From contig OZ024757.1 in assembly GCA_964016885.1 (NCBI GenBank), forward strand, positions 31,682,001 through 31,746,000: a DNA stretch of 64,000 bases, given 5' to 3'. Made by a program: the position numbers and the translations under genes. Position 1 is the first letter of the stretch. Each line of letters begins with the position of its first letter. Positions 1 to 13,389 of the stretch are shown one piece after another. Source of the DNA: Eledone cirrhosa. Its lineage: Eukaryota. The notes beneath the pieces were generated by a model. It searched no databases. It saw only the letters and a list, made by a program, of their open reading frames with translations, and was not told the origin of the DNA.

Positions 1-146
1 TATACATATATATATATATAAAAGGTAAACAGAAATAACAACACAATCGGTACAGTCAGATATGTTTTAATATAGATCTTCAGATATGTTTTAAACATAT
101 CTGAAGGTCCTTCGAATGCAGAGTCGGGTTCGATCTGTAACAGATC

Positions 147-371
147 TTGCCTCGAGCTGATCGACGGAATGATCTCAACTGGAGTATCGTTCAACATGCA
201 AATGCATATTCAGCTGGAAATAGACAGTGTAGGCTATGCCTATCCGAGGCCATGGAGATAGTCAGATTGAAGGATGATGCGGTCAACCTGAAAACGGAGA
301 TTATCATGACGTGCAGACACCAGACAAGGTGCACATTCTCCGTATGGATGCAACCTGACAGCCCTAGCTAA
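147..371 (+). pseudogene. Penelope-like element GIY-YIG endonuclease C-terminal fragment
   Basis: [29 protein letters not shown]...[12 protein letters not shown] fits the W.I...A..Y....C.LCL.E...N..SE...CRH C-terminal pattern of PLE endonucleases; 5'-truncated; (TA)n on both sides. Confidence 0.8.
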
Positions 372-477
372 AGGCATGCAGAGAAGCGGATGCCGGTCCG
401 GGCGGCGGCGCGGGTTCAAGGGATCAGACACCATACCTTGTTGACTATGTATGCCCTGTGGGGTAAGTCGACGCAAT

Positions 478-523
<46 letters not shown>

Positions 524-606
524 TTATATATAGTATATATATATGTATATATATATACACATATTTATATATATTATATATATATATATATATATACATA
601 TATATG

Positions 607-640
<34 letters not shown>

Positions 641-663
641 CATATATACATATATATATATAC

Positions 664-694
<31 letters not shown>

Positions 695-719
695 CATATA
701 TATATACATATATATATAC

Positions 720-760
<41 letters not shown>

Positions 761-783
761 CATATATATATACATATATATAC

Positions 784-832
<49 letters not shown>

Positions 833-861
833 CATATATATATATATACATATATATATAC

Positions 862-910
<49 letters not shown>

Positions 911-912
911 TA

Positions 913-1225
913 TGTAGGGGGTGAGTTTTATTGTAGTACAATAAAGCAATGCAGATATCATATATCATATGTTGATTTAAAACTGCACTATTCACAAGTG
1001 TTTTTTAACCTTCATATCATGTCTCCGTATTTTATCTGACGAAAACGCAAATGTTATTGCATGATGATATTTGTTTTTGAAATGCGCATAATAAAATACA
1101 TGGAACTCTTTTAACCATCTTTTGATCTTATATATTATTTATACTCCAGTCCTATAAACTGCAGAGTGCTTCTTATCCGATATCTGCATTGCTTTATTGT
1201 ACTACAATAAAACTCACCCCCTACA
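913..1225 (+). mobile_element. TA-embedded fold-back HHR element, family A
   Basis: 913-959 is the reverse complement of the right end (~1179-1225); carries an HHR; homologous to elements at 38763, 40454, 47053. Confidence 0.85.
1027..1099 (+). ncRNA. Type I hammerhead ribozyme, minimal palindromic stem III (family A)
   Basis: stem I gtattttat/ataaaatac; CTGACGA 1036-1042; long stem II; GAAA 1079-1082; TGCGCA palindrome; TA cleavage site 1089-1090. Confidence 0.85.
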
Positions 1226-1250
1226 TATATATGTATGTATATATATATAC

Positions 1251-1434
<184 letters not shown>

Positions 1435-1498
1435 TACATATACATATATATAATACATATATATATATATATACATATATATACATATATATATATAC

Positions 1499-1531
<33 letters not shown>

Positions 1532-1532
1532 C

Positions 1533-1601
<69 letters not shown>

Positions 1602-2031
1602 TGGAATACCATGATGTCTTCTTCTAAGTCGTTGTATAATGGACATTATAGCAGGTGCGAAATCTGCTTCTGTAGAGTAGCATATGGAGCTCACACCCAG
1701 CTGGTTGTTAGTTAAGAAGAGGAAATTCTCGCTTTCCTACCATTTTCTATCTCTTTACCACCTACGTTATTCTTAACTTAATATCATTGTTGTTAGACAT
1801 ACTGTCTATGTTGAGCTGTGAATACACTGACTATCTGCGTATGTAGGGGTTCTCCGACTTGCCCTTATGGCAGTCTATTGTAGCACAGTGTAAGAAGTTC
1901 ACTTCGCAGTCAAAAGTCTGTCAAAAATCACCACACGTGAAACAAGAAAATCTTTATCAACGATTTCCTTACAAAAACACCTACACTTAACATAAGCCAT
2001 CTTTATAAATGTATGTATGTGTACACACACA

Positions 2032-2140
<109 letters not shown>

Positions 2141-2141
2141 C

Positions 2142-2183
<42 letters not shown>

Positions 2184-2202
2184 CACACACACATCTATAT
2201 AA

Positions 2203-2258
<56 letters not shown>

Positions 2259-2294
2259 GGTCACCTACATGTCTTCTATACAAATGTATGTATG

Positions 2295-2385
<91 letters not shown>

Positions 2386-2873
2386 GTATACTTACACACA
2401 CACATATATATACATTTACGTGACAAGGGCTCGCACCCATGTTTGTTATAGTGATTGGTAAGATGCACCTAGATGCATGCATTATATCGACCTGACCCAA
2501 CTGAAGTGCATTCTATCTATTGATCTGACCTATGTGCAAGTGCAATATTGCAGTATCTCAGTGCACATTTTATGTATATCTCTGGTGCAATATTATTGTC
2601 TGCTACAGATAATGCTTTTATTGACAACCGCATACACAAAGCATACGCGTTGCACATCCGTTGCACATATATACAGAGCTTGTCTTACTAATACCTGTAC
2701 ATGTGCATACGTATGTACGTGTGTGTGTGTGTGTGTGTGTTTGTGTGTATGTATACGTGTGTGTGTGTGTGTGTCTGTATGTATACCTGTAGGTGTGTGT
2801 GTGTGTGTGTATGTAGGTATGTGTGTATTATATATATATATATCATACATCCATACATATATGCACACACACA

Positions 2874-2918
<45 letters not shown>

Positions 2919-3092
2919 ATATATATATTTATATATATATAAACATATATATATTTATATATATATAAACATATATATATTTATATATATATAAACATAT
3001 ATATATTTATATATATATGTTCATATATATATAAATATATATATGTTCATATATAAACATATATATATTTATATATAAATACACACATATAA

Positions 3093-3136
<44 letters not shown>

Positions 3137-3162
3137 ATTTATATATAAATACACACATATAA

Positions 3163-3202
<40 letters not shown>

Positions 3203-3294
3203 ATTTATATATAAATATATATATGTTTATATATAAATATATATATGTTTATATATATATAAATATATATATATTTATATATAAACACACACAC

Positions 3295-3382
<88 letters not shown>

Positions 3383-3561
3383 ATATATATATATTATTAT
3401 TATTATTATTATGGAGAGCAATCGGGTACAGTGGTATAACATCAATTTAGTTAGCTATAATTCGGAAAGTATTGATAGCTTTTGTTGTATCTCATCTCAA
3501 TATATTTGTGTATTTTACCCGGGTGCAATAAAATAGTTTTTGGTTTACATAAATACACTGC

Positions 3562-3601
<40 letters not shown>

Positions 3602-3726
3602 GTGTGTATATATGTGTGTGTGTGTGTATATATATATATGTTCGTGTATATATATATAGATATATAAATGTATATATCTATATATATCTATATATATATA
3701 TATAGAGAGAGAGAGATATACAAATG

Positions 3727-3757
<31 letters not shown>

Positions 3758-3880
3758 GTGTATATATATATGTATATATATATATATGTGTATATATATA
3801 TATATGTATATATATGTGTATATATATATACATATATGTATATATATGTATATATATGTTTATATATATATACATATATG

Positions 3881-3913
<33 letters not shown>

Positions 3914-3922
3914 GTGTATATA

Positions 3923-3953
<31 letters not shown>

Positions 3954-4058
3954 GTGTATATATATATGTGTATATATATTTATGCATATATTTATGCATA
4001 TATATATGTGTATATATATGTATGTATATATATATGTATGTATATATATATATGTATC

Positions 4059-4089
<31 letters not shown>

Positions 4090-4256
4090 GTGTATATATA
4101 TATATATGTGTATATATATATATATGTATATATATATATGTGTATATATATATGTGTATATATGTGTGTATATATATGTGTATATATATATGTGTATATA
4201 TGTGTGTATATATATGTGTATATATATATGTGTGTATATATATGTGTATATATATG

Positions 4257-4307
<51 letters not shown>

Positions 4308-4472
4308 GTGTATATATATAAATATGTATATATATATATATGTGTATATATATATAAATGTGTATATATGTATATATGGGTATATGTATGTGTGTATATA
4401 TGTATATATATATAGATATGTGTATATATATATATGTATGTATATATACATATGTGTATATATATGTATATA

Positions 4473-4503
<31 letters not shown>

Positions 4504-4742
4504 GTGTGTATATATATATGTGTATATACATATATAAATGTGTGTGTATACACATATGTATATATATATATATATGTGTGTATATATATATGTGTATATA
4601 CATATATAAATGTGTGTGTATACACATATGTATATATATATATATATATGTATGTGTGTATATATACATGTGTATATACATATATAAATGTGTATATATA
4701 TATATGTGTATATATATTTGTGTGTGTGTGTATATATATATA

Positions 4743-4773
<31 letters not shown>

Positions 4774-4774
4774 C

Positions 4775-4827
<53 letters not shown>

Positions 4828-4979
4828 GTGTGTATATATATATATACACACATATATATATATATGTGTATATATATATTTATATCTATATATATATGTA
4901 TATATATATATATGTGTATATTCATATATAAATGTGTATATATGTGTATATATGTATATATGTGTGTGTATATATATAT

Positions 4980-5590
4980 GTCAGGTCACCAGTTGGTGTT
5001 ACTGGTAACATGTATACCAGTACAACCTGTCCCATGGTTGGGTCCTTGGCGACTAAACTGGCAACCCCACCAAGGTTTCTTGGCGAGGAGGGTGACTTTG
5101 GACAACCTGCAGGACTAAAAACAAAACCTGTCAAATGGCAAAGGAGCTCTTAAGAGTCAGTGGCCATCCAAAATCACCGGGAGAGATGACCCCTTAGCCT
5201 TTGTCAAGGCAGAATTCTAGGAGAAGGAAAACCCTAATATAACACCTGCAACGCTGATGGTATCCAATGATGTTGACTTGTTCTTCTTTTTGGTAAATAT
5301 CATCTTGGTTAAGAGAGTTGAACTGGCTTTGTGCAGTGCCTTTGCTCACTATAAAAGCTTCACGGCACAGGCATTGCTTTATATCTGGAGATCTCTCTGC
5401 ACTTGTCGTCACATAGTACCATGGGCCCAGTACTATGTGTCAATAATTGTCACAAGTGTAGTGTTTGTACCAGAGTTTTCAAGTCTCTGGCTGGACTGGA
5501 AAGCCACAATCGTTCAGCGCATTTGTAGGGGTTCTCCTACATGGATATAAAGTAGTGACCGTACTCGAAAACGAGTTGGCAGCCACCATG
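4980..5590 (+). mobile_element. ~600-bp dispersed repeat, probably derived from an RTE LINE 5' UTR
   Basis: highly similar copy at 63426-64000; contains ctaggagaaggaaaac, a motif recalled from RTE 5' regions; no ORF homology seen. Confidence 0.55.
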
Positions 5591-5696
5591 TGTGTATATA
5601 TATATATATATATGTGTGTATATATATATATATATGTAGATATATAAATGCATATACGATATTAACAGATGGAAACTATGTTTATAAAACCATATT

Positions 5697-5761
5697 TATT
5701 TCATTATACATATTTCAAGGACGTCAAGTTAAATTATGGTGTACTTTCATCAGATAAAATA
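5697..5761 (-). ncRNA. Type I hammerhead ribozyme (family B), within single-arm element ~5656-5845
   Basis: reverse complement reads tattttat CTGATGA aagtac...gtcctt GAAA tatgta TA atgaaata. Confidence 0.7.
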
Positions 5762-5851
5762 TAATATAGATCAGTTTTATAAATAAATATTGACATACCC
5801 TTAAAAAATGCAACCATTACTGTTGGAAGCTTCTGGATAGGAGCATATAAA

Positions 5852-5889
<38 letters not shown>

Positions 5890-6089
5890 TATGTATATAT
5901 AGATATATAAATGCATATATATATATGTATATGTATATATATATATGTATATATAGATATATAAATGTATATATAGATATATAAATGTATATACATATAG
6001 GTATATATATAGATATATAAATGTATATATATATATGTATATATAGATATATAAATGTATATAAATATGTATATATAGATATATTAATG

Positions 6090-6121
<32 letters not shown>

Positions 6122-6262
6122 TGTATGTATTTGTATATGTATGTATATATATGTGTGTGTATATATGTACCTGTATATATATATATACGTTTATGTTACG
6201 TATACATGTATATATGAACATATGTGTATGTATGTATATATATATATGTATATATGTGTATG

Positions 6263-6308
<46 letters not shown>

Positions 6309-6422
6309 TGCGTACATACATTGCGTATATGTATGTAACCGTTTTCCTGCACCCGAATGCACTCAAGTACACACGAGTATCTATGTGAAAGGATGTGTAT
6401 GTTTGTGTGTGCGTGTGTGCAT

Positions 6423-6464
<42 letters not shown>

Positions 6465-6478
6465 TTGTGTATGTATAT

Positions 6479-6526
<48 letters not shown>

Positions 6527-6907
6527 GCAAATACCAGGTTAGCAGCCGACTGCATTTTCTTTAATCTTTGTATGAAATGCACTGCGGATATTACACAATG
6601 CATTCACGTGCATCATGCATTTGTGCACGCCGTCTCTGCATTGCACCTAGTTACTTGCATCAGCCCTCTTCTTCTCTCTCTCTCTCTCTCTACCCCCCTC
6701 TCTATTTCTTTCTCTTTCTCTCTCTTTCTTCCTTACGCCCCCAAAGATTTTGCAAGATTAATACACATGCATTTGCACAAAACTGCACAATCATGCACAC
6801 AGACACACACAGACACACACAGACACATAATTGCACACGTTGACTCACACATGGAAGCGCACATATCTGCATACACACACGTTTTTGCCAACATATGTAT
6901 GTATATA

Positions 6908-6951
<44 letters not shown>

Positions 6952-8056
6952 CATACACGCACACACACACATACACACATTCAACGCCATATGTATACAC
7001 ACTCATACACACACACACACACACACACAACGACATATGTATACACACTCACACACACACGAATTTTTACACATGTATACACACTCACTCACACACACGC
7101 ACACACGCACACACACATACACACATTCAACGACATATGTATACACACACACACACACACACACACGAATTCTTACACATATGTGCCCGTAAACACACAT
7201 GCATTCATACACACTCAAACACGCGCATATAGACTAGTACCCATACATACCCATACACAAATATATACACATACATACACGTACATGTACACACGCACAT
7301 ATACACACATACCCATACACGCACATATACACACATACCCATACACGCACATATCCATACACCTACATGTACACACGCACATATACACACATACCCATAC
7401 ACGCACATATACACACATACCCATACACGCACATATCCATACATACATGTACACACACGCACATACCCGCACATACCCACATGTACACATACACGTACAT
7501 ACCCATATATATATATGTATGCATGCACATGTAAAACACAGCCATATACACTCATGTATGTATGCACACACACCCGTACACATACCCGTACATATACCCA
7601 TACATATACATGTACACATACACATACCCATACATACACTCACACATACGTATATACAGATACACATATATACACACAAACATGTATATACGAGCGTGTA
7701 CACATAACCATACCCATAGACACAGGTACATATACACAAAGACACACACATGTACACAGCACATATACACAAATACACACACACATGTACACAGCACATA
7801 TACACAAATACACACACACACACAAATACACACACACACATGCATACAACACATATACACATGACCATATAAACATGCACATATACACGTAACCATATAT
7901 GCATGCATATACGTGCATATACACACACATGTATACGATTAATTACAATATATATAACTATTCGGTAACTACTACTAACTACTACTACTACTACTACTAC
8001 TACTACCACTACCACTACTACTACTACTACCACTACCACTACTACTACTACCACTA

Positions 8057-8092
<36 letters not shown>

Positions 8093-8231
8093 ACTACTAC
8101 TAACTACTACCACTACTACTACTGCTGCCACCTGCACCACTACCCTACTACTACTAACACCACCTCAGAGGTCAGTGGGTACATGTAGCGAGGTATCACG
8201 TTATAGAATTCCTTGTAGGTCAACAGAGTGA

Positions 8232-10525
8232 TTGGTGGTGGTGTCGTGGTGGTGGTGGTGTCGCGGTGTGGTATAGTGGTGGTGGTGGTATAGTGGTGGT
8301 GGTGTCGTGGTGTGGTATAGTGGTGGTGGTGGTATAGTGGTGGTGGTGGTGTGGTGATGGTATAGTGGTGGTGTGGTGATGGTATAGTGGTGGTGGTGTG
8401 GTATAGTGGTGGTGGTGGGGGTGGTGTGCTGGTATTGTGGTATAGTGGTGGTGGTAGTGGTGGTGGTATGATATAGTTGTGGTGGTGGTGGTGTGGTGGT
8501 GCTGGTGGTGGTGGTGTGGTGGTATGCTTGTGGTGTGGTGGTGTGATGATGGTGCTGTAGTGATGGTAGTGGTGTGTTGCAGTGGTGGTGGTGGTGGTGT
8601 GATGGTGGTGTGGTGGTGTAGTAGTGATTGATGGTGTGGTGGTGTAGTAATGATGTTGAATAGTGGCTGTGGTGTTGGTGTTGGTGTTGGTAGTGGTGTG
8701 GTGTAGTGATGGTGGGGTTGATAGTTGTTGTTGTTTTGTTGGATGTTGCGGTGGTGGTTGTTGTTGTGGTAGTGGTTGGTGTGGTAGTGTTTGTTATGGT
8801 GGTGGTGTTGGTTGGTATGGTGTTGGTTGGTATGGTGTTGGTGGTAGTTGTAGTGGTGAAGGTAGTTGTGTTGTTGGTGGTAGTTGTGTTGTTGGTGGTA
8901 GTAATGGTGGTGGTAGTTGTGGTGGTTGTTGTGGTGTTGGTGGTTGTTGTGGTGGTGGTTGTTGTGGTGTTGGTGGTGGTTGTTGTGGTGTTGGTTGGTA
9001 TGGTGTTGGTGGTAGTTGTAGTGGTGAAGGTAGTTGTGTTGTTGGTGGTAGTTGTGTTGTTGGTGGTAGTAATGGTGGTGGTAGTTGTGGTGGTTGTTGT
9101 GGTGTTGGTGGTTGTTGTGGTGGTGGTTGTTGTGGTGTTGGTGGTGGTTGTTGTGGTGTTGGTTGGTATTGTGTTGGTGGTAGTTGTAGTGGTGAAGGTA
9201 GTTGTGTTGTTGGTGGTAGTTGTGTTGTTGGTGGTAGTAATGGTGGTGGTAGTTGTGGTGGTTGTTGTGGTGTTGGTGGTTGTTGTGGTGGTGGTTGTTG
9301 TGGTGTTGGTGGTGGTTGGTATGGTGTTGGTTGGTATGGTGTTGGTGGTAGTTGTAGTGGTGAAGGTAGTTGTGTTGTTGGTGGTAGTTGTGTTGTTGGT
9401 GGTAGTAATGGTGGTGGTAGTTGTGGTGGTTGTTGTGGTGTTGGTGGTTGTTGTGGTGGTGGTTGTTGTGGTGTTGGTGGTGGTTGTTGTGGTGTTGGTG
9501 GTAGTTGTGGTGATGGTTGTTGTGGTGGAGAAGGTAGTTGTGTTGTTGGTGGTAGTAATGGTGGTGGTTGTGGCGGTGGTTGTTGTGGTGTTGGTGGTTG
9601 TTGTGGTGGTGGTTGTTGTGGTGTTGGTGGTGGTTGTTGTGGTGGTGGTTGTTGTGGTGAAGATAGTTGTGTTGTTGGTGGTAGTAGTAGTGTTGTTCGT
9701 AGTTGTGGTAGTAGTAGTAGTGTTGGTGGTAGTTGTGGTAGTAGTGGTAGTGTTGATGGTAGTTGTGGTAGTAGTGATATTGTTGGTGGTAGTAGTAGTA
9801 GTAATAGTAGTAGTAGTTTTGGTGGTAGTTGTGGTAGTAGTAGTAGTGTTGGTGGTAGTGTTGGTAGTAGTGGTAGTGTTGATGGTAGTTGTGGTAGTAG
9901 TGATATTGTTGGTGGTAGTAGTAGTAGTAATAGTAGTAGTAGTTTTGGTGGTAGTTGTGGTAGTAGTAGTAGTGTTGGTGGTAGTGTTGGTGGTAGTAGT
10001 GGTAGTGTTGGTGGTACTAGTAGAAGTAGTAGTGTTGGTGGTAGTAGTAGTGTGGGTGGTAGTTGTGGTAGTAGTGGTAGCGTTGGTGGTAGTTGTGGTA
10101 GTGTTGGTGGTAGTAGTAGTAGTGTGGGTGGTAGTTGTGGTAGTGTTGGTGGTAGTAGTAGTGTTGGTAGTAGTAGTAGTAGTGGGTGGTAGTTGTGGTA
10201 GTAGGGGTAGTGTTGGTGGTAGTAGGGGTAGTGTTGGTGGTAGCTGTGGTAGTAGTAGTGTTGGTGGTAGTAGTAGTAGTGTTGGTGGTAGTAGTAGTAG
10301 TGTTGGTGGTAGTAGTAATAGTAGTGTTGGTGGTAGTAGTAGTAGTAGTGTTGGTGGTAGTAGTGAGTGTTGGTGGTAGTTGTGGTAATAGTAGTGTTGG
10401 TAGTAGTAGTAGTAGTGTGGGTGGTAGTAGTGGTAGTATTGGTGGTAGTAGTAATAGTAGTAGTGTTGGTGGTAGTGGTAGTGTTGGTGGTAGTTGTGGT
10501 AGTAGTAGTGTTGGTGGTAGTTTCT
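8232..10525. repeat. GGT/TGT/AGT triplet-derived compound repeat with ~177-bp higher-order units
   Basis: block ggttggtatggtgttggtggtagttgtagtggtgaaggtag recurs about 4 times in 8810-9540. Confidence 0.85.
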
Positions 10526-10609
10526 AAAGATGTTTATACCTCAGTGTGAGAAGTTGGAGAGTTGGTCAGGTGAGAAGTTCAATACTTAATGATTACCTGA
10601 CAGCTTATA

Positions 10610-10663
10610 CCCCCCTCTCTCTCTCTTCCTCTCTTTTCGTATCTCTCTCGCTCTCTCTTCGTA

Positions 10664-10696
<33 letters not shown>

Positions 10697-11015
10697 TCCT
10701 TTCTCTCTGTCTCTCTATCTTCCTCTTTCGCTCGCTCTCTCTCTTCCTATATCTTCCTCTCTCTCTTCCTCCCTCTCTCTCTTCCTCCCTCTCTCTCTTC
10801 CTATCGCTTTTTCCCTCTCTTCCTCTCTCTTTCTCCCTCTCTTCCTCTCTCTTTCTTCCTCTCTCTTTCTCCCTCTCTTCCTCTCTCTTTCTTCCTCTCT
10901 CTTTCTCCCTCTCTCTTTTCCTCTATCTGTCTCTTCCTCTCTCTGTTTCTTCCTCTCTCTCTTTCTTCCTCTCTCTCTCTCTCTCTCTCTTCCTCTCTCT
11001 CTCTCTTTCTCTCTC

Positions 11016-11054
<39 letters not shown>

Positions 11055-11540
11055 ATCTTCCTCTCTCTCTTCCTATCTTCCTCTTTCTTTCTCTCTTCCT
11101 CTTGAATTTTTCTTCGCCTCTTCTCTCTTTCTCTTCCTTTCCTTTCCCCTCCTTTCTCTTCCCCTCCTTTCCCTTCCCCTCCTTTCCCTTCCCCTCTTTT
11201 TCTCTCTTCCTCTTTTTCTCTCTTCCTCTTTTTCTCTCTTCCTCTCTTCCTCTTTTTCTCTCTTCCTCTCTTCCTCTTTTTCTCTCTTCCTCTTCTTCCT
11301 CTTTTTCTCTCTTCCTCTTCTTCCTCTTTTTCTCTCTTCCTCTTTTTCTCTCTTCCTCTTCTTCCTCTCTTCCTCTTCTTCCTCTTTTTCTCTCTTCCTC
11401 TTTTTCTATCTTCCTCTCTCTTCCTCTCTCTTCCTCTTTTTCTCTCTTCCTCTTTGTCACTCATTCTCTTCCTCTCTTTTACACTATCTTCTCTTTCTTC
11501 CTCTTTCATCCTCTCTCTTTCGCTTCCTCTCTTCTTTTAT
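10610..11540. repeat. Polypyrimidine CT-rich low-complexity tract
   Basis: (CT)n and ctcttcct degenerate repeats. Confidence 0.9.
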
Positions 11541-11625
11541 ATATACACCTCATTAGCTAATAAACTATCTCATCTCACATACACGCATTTTCTTTCATAT
11601 TATATATGTAATGTGTGTGTGTGTA

Positions 11626-11675
<50 letters not shown>

Positions 11676-11676
11676 T

Positions 11677-11713
<37 letters not shown>

Positions 11714-11714
11714 G

Positions 11715-11803
11715 ATATAGATAGGTAAATATACACGGGTGTGTATGATTGTGTATAGAAGATTATATTAATAAGAGGAATTCCAACTTTGTCTGATTTA
11801 CTC

Positions 11804-11808
<5 letters not shown>
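11715..11808 (-). mobile_element. 3'-terminal fragment of fold-back family F
   Basis: reverse complement of ~40345-40436; flanked by (TA)n. Confidence 0.75.
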
Positions 11809-11838
<30 letters not shown>

Positions 11839-11877
11839 GTGCCATGTGACTTGAGAGTGAGTATTCAGAATTTAATA

Positions 11878-12054
11878 ATTGTTTCTACTTTTGGCACAAG
11901 GCCAGCAATAACCCCCAGTACATTACCGGTACTTTATTTTATCGACCCCGTAAGGATGAAAGGCAAAGTTAACCTCAGCGGGATTTGAACTCAGTCCGTA
12001 AAGGGACGTAACTGTGCTGAAAAGCATGGCGTCCGACCCTCTACCGATTCTGCC
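11878..12054 (-). mobile_element. tRNA-derived SINE with Nin-like central domain
   Basis: reverse complement has A box ggcagaatcggtaga, B box gagttcaaatcc and gcctttcatccttacggggtcgataaaat; 7 copies in the window. Confidence 0.85.
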
Positions 12055-12678
12055 TGGCTTCTAATTTAGGGCAGTGGTTCACCATTCTGCAGTGACAACA
12101 ACCACAACTACAGCAATAATGATAATAATATTTATTATATTAAATAATTCTGTATGAAATGTGGCCTTTGAAATAGAGAAATGTTCTATGTGAAGTCTTT
12201 ACCACATTTTAGCACAACAATCGTGTCAGTCTGTCTGTCTATCTGTGTGACTGACTGACTGTCTTCTATCGGAGTTCTGAAGAATACTTTAAACGAGATA
12301 ACCACACACAGTAACACGCATACTAACACACGCAGTAACACACACACACACGCACATATATATGTATGTATGTATATATATCTATGTGTGTATATATGTA
12401 TATGTATATATATGTATGTATGTATATGTATGTATATGTATGTATATGTATGTGTATGTATATGTATGTATGTATATATATGTATATGTATATATATGTA
12501 TATATATATGTATGTGTATGTATATATATATGTATATATGTATATATATATGTATGTGTATGTATATATATATGTATATATGTCAATATATATATATATG
12601 TCAATATATATATATATATGTATGTGTATATATATATATATATAGATGTGTACGTATATGTATGTGTGTATGTCTATA

Positions 12679-12715
<37 letters not shown>

Positions 12716-12841
12716 ATGTATATGTATATATATATGTGTGTGTGTGTGTATATGTATATGTATATATGTGTGTGTGTGTACGTATATGTATGTGTGCATG
12801 TCTACATATATATATATATGTATATGTGTATATATATATAT

Positions 12842-12885
<44 letters not shown>

Positions 12886-12976
12886 GTGTATGTATATGTA
12901 TATATATATATATATGTGTGTGTATGTCTACATGTATATGTGTATATATATATGTGTATGTGTGTGTACGTATATG

Positions 12977-13020
<44 letters not shown>

Positions 13021-13146
13021 TGTCAGTCGAATAAAACTGTCTCAATGAAACAGTTTATGCTGCTTCAGGTAATATGAGGAAAAGAAATAAAAAACGAAAC
13101 AAAAATATAATTAAATACAAAAATAAAAAGATGAGATATTCTTAAA

Positions 13147-13181
<35 letters not shown>

Positions 13182-13389
13182 TAATGGTTTATTTATTATT
13201 TATTTATTTATTATTTATTTATTCATTTATTTCATAATAATAATAATAATAATAATAATGATAACAATAATAATGGAAATAATGAAAATAATATTAATAA
13301 TATTAATAATAATAATAAAATATCGTCTTTTTTTTTTCTTCAAGAATGGTAAACATCGTATATAAGAAATTTGATGTTTGAGATATAGA

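Noticed and set aside
5040-5110. Minus-strand ccctcctcgcc resembling the HDV ribozyme L3 loop
   Set aside because: Could not assign P1, P1.1 and P2 in the required order
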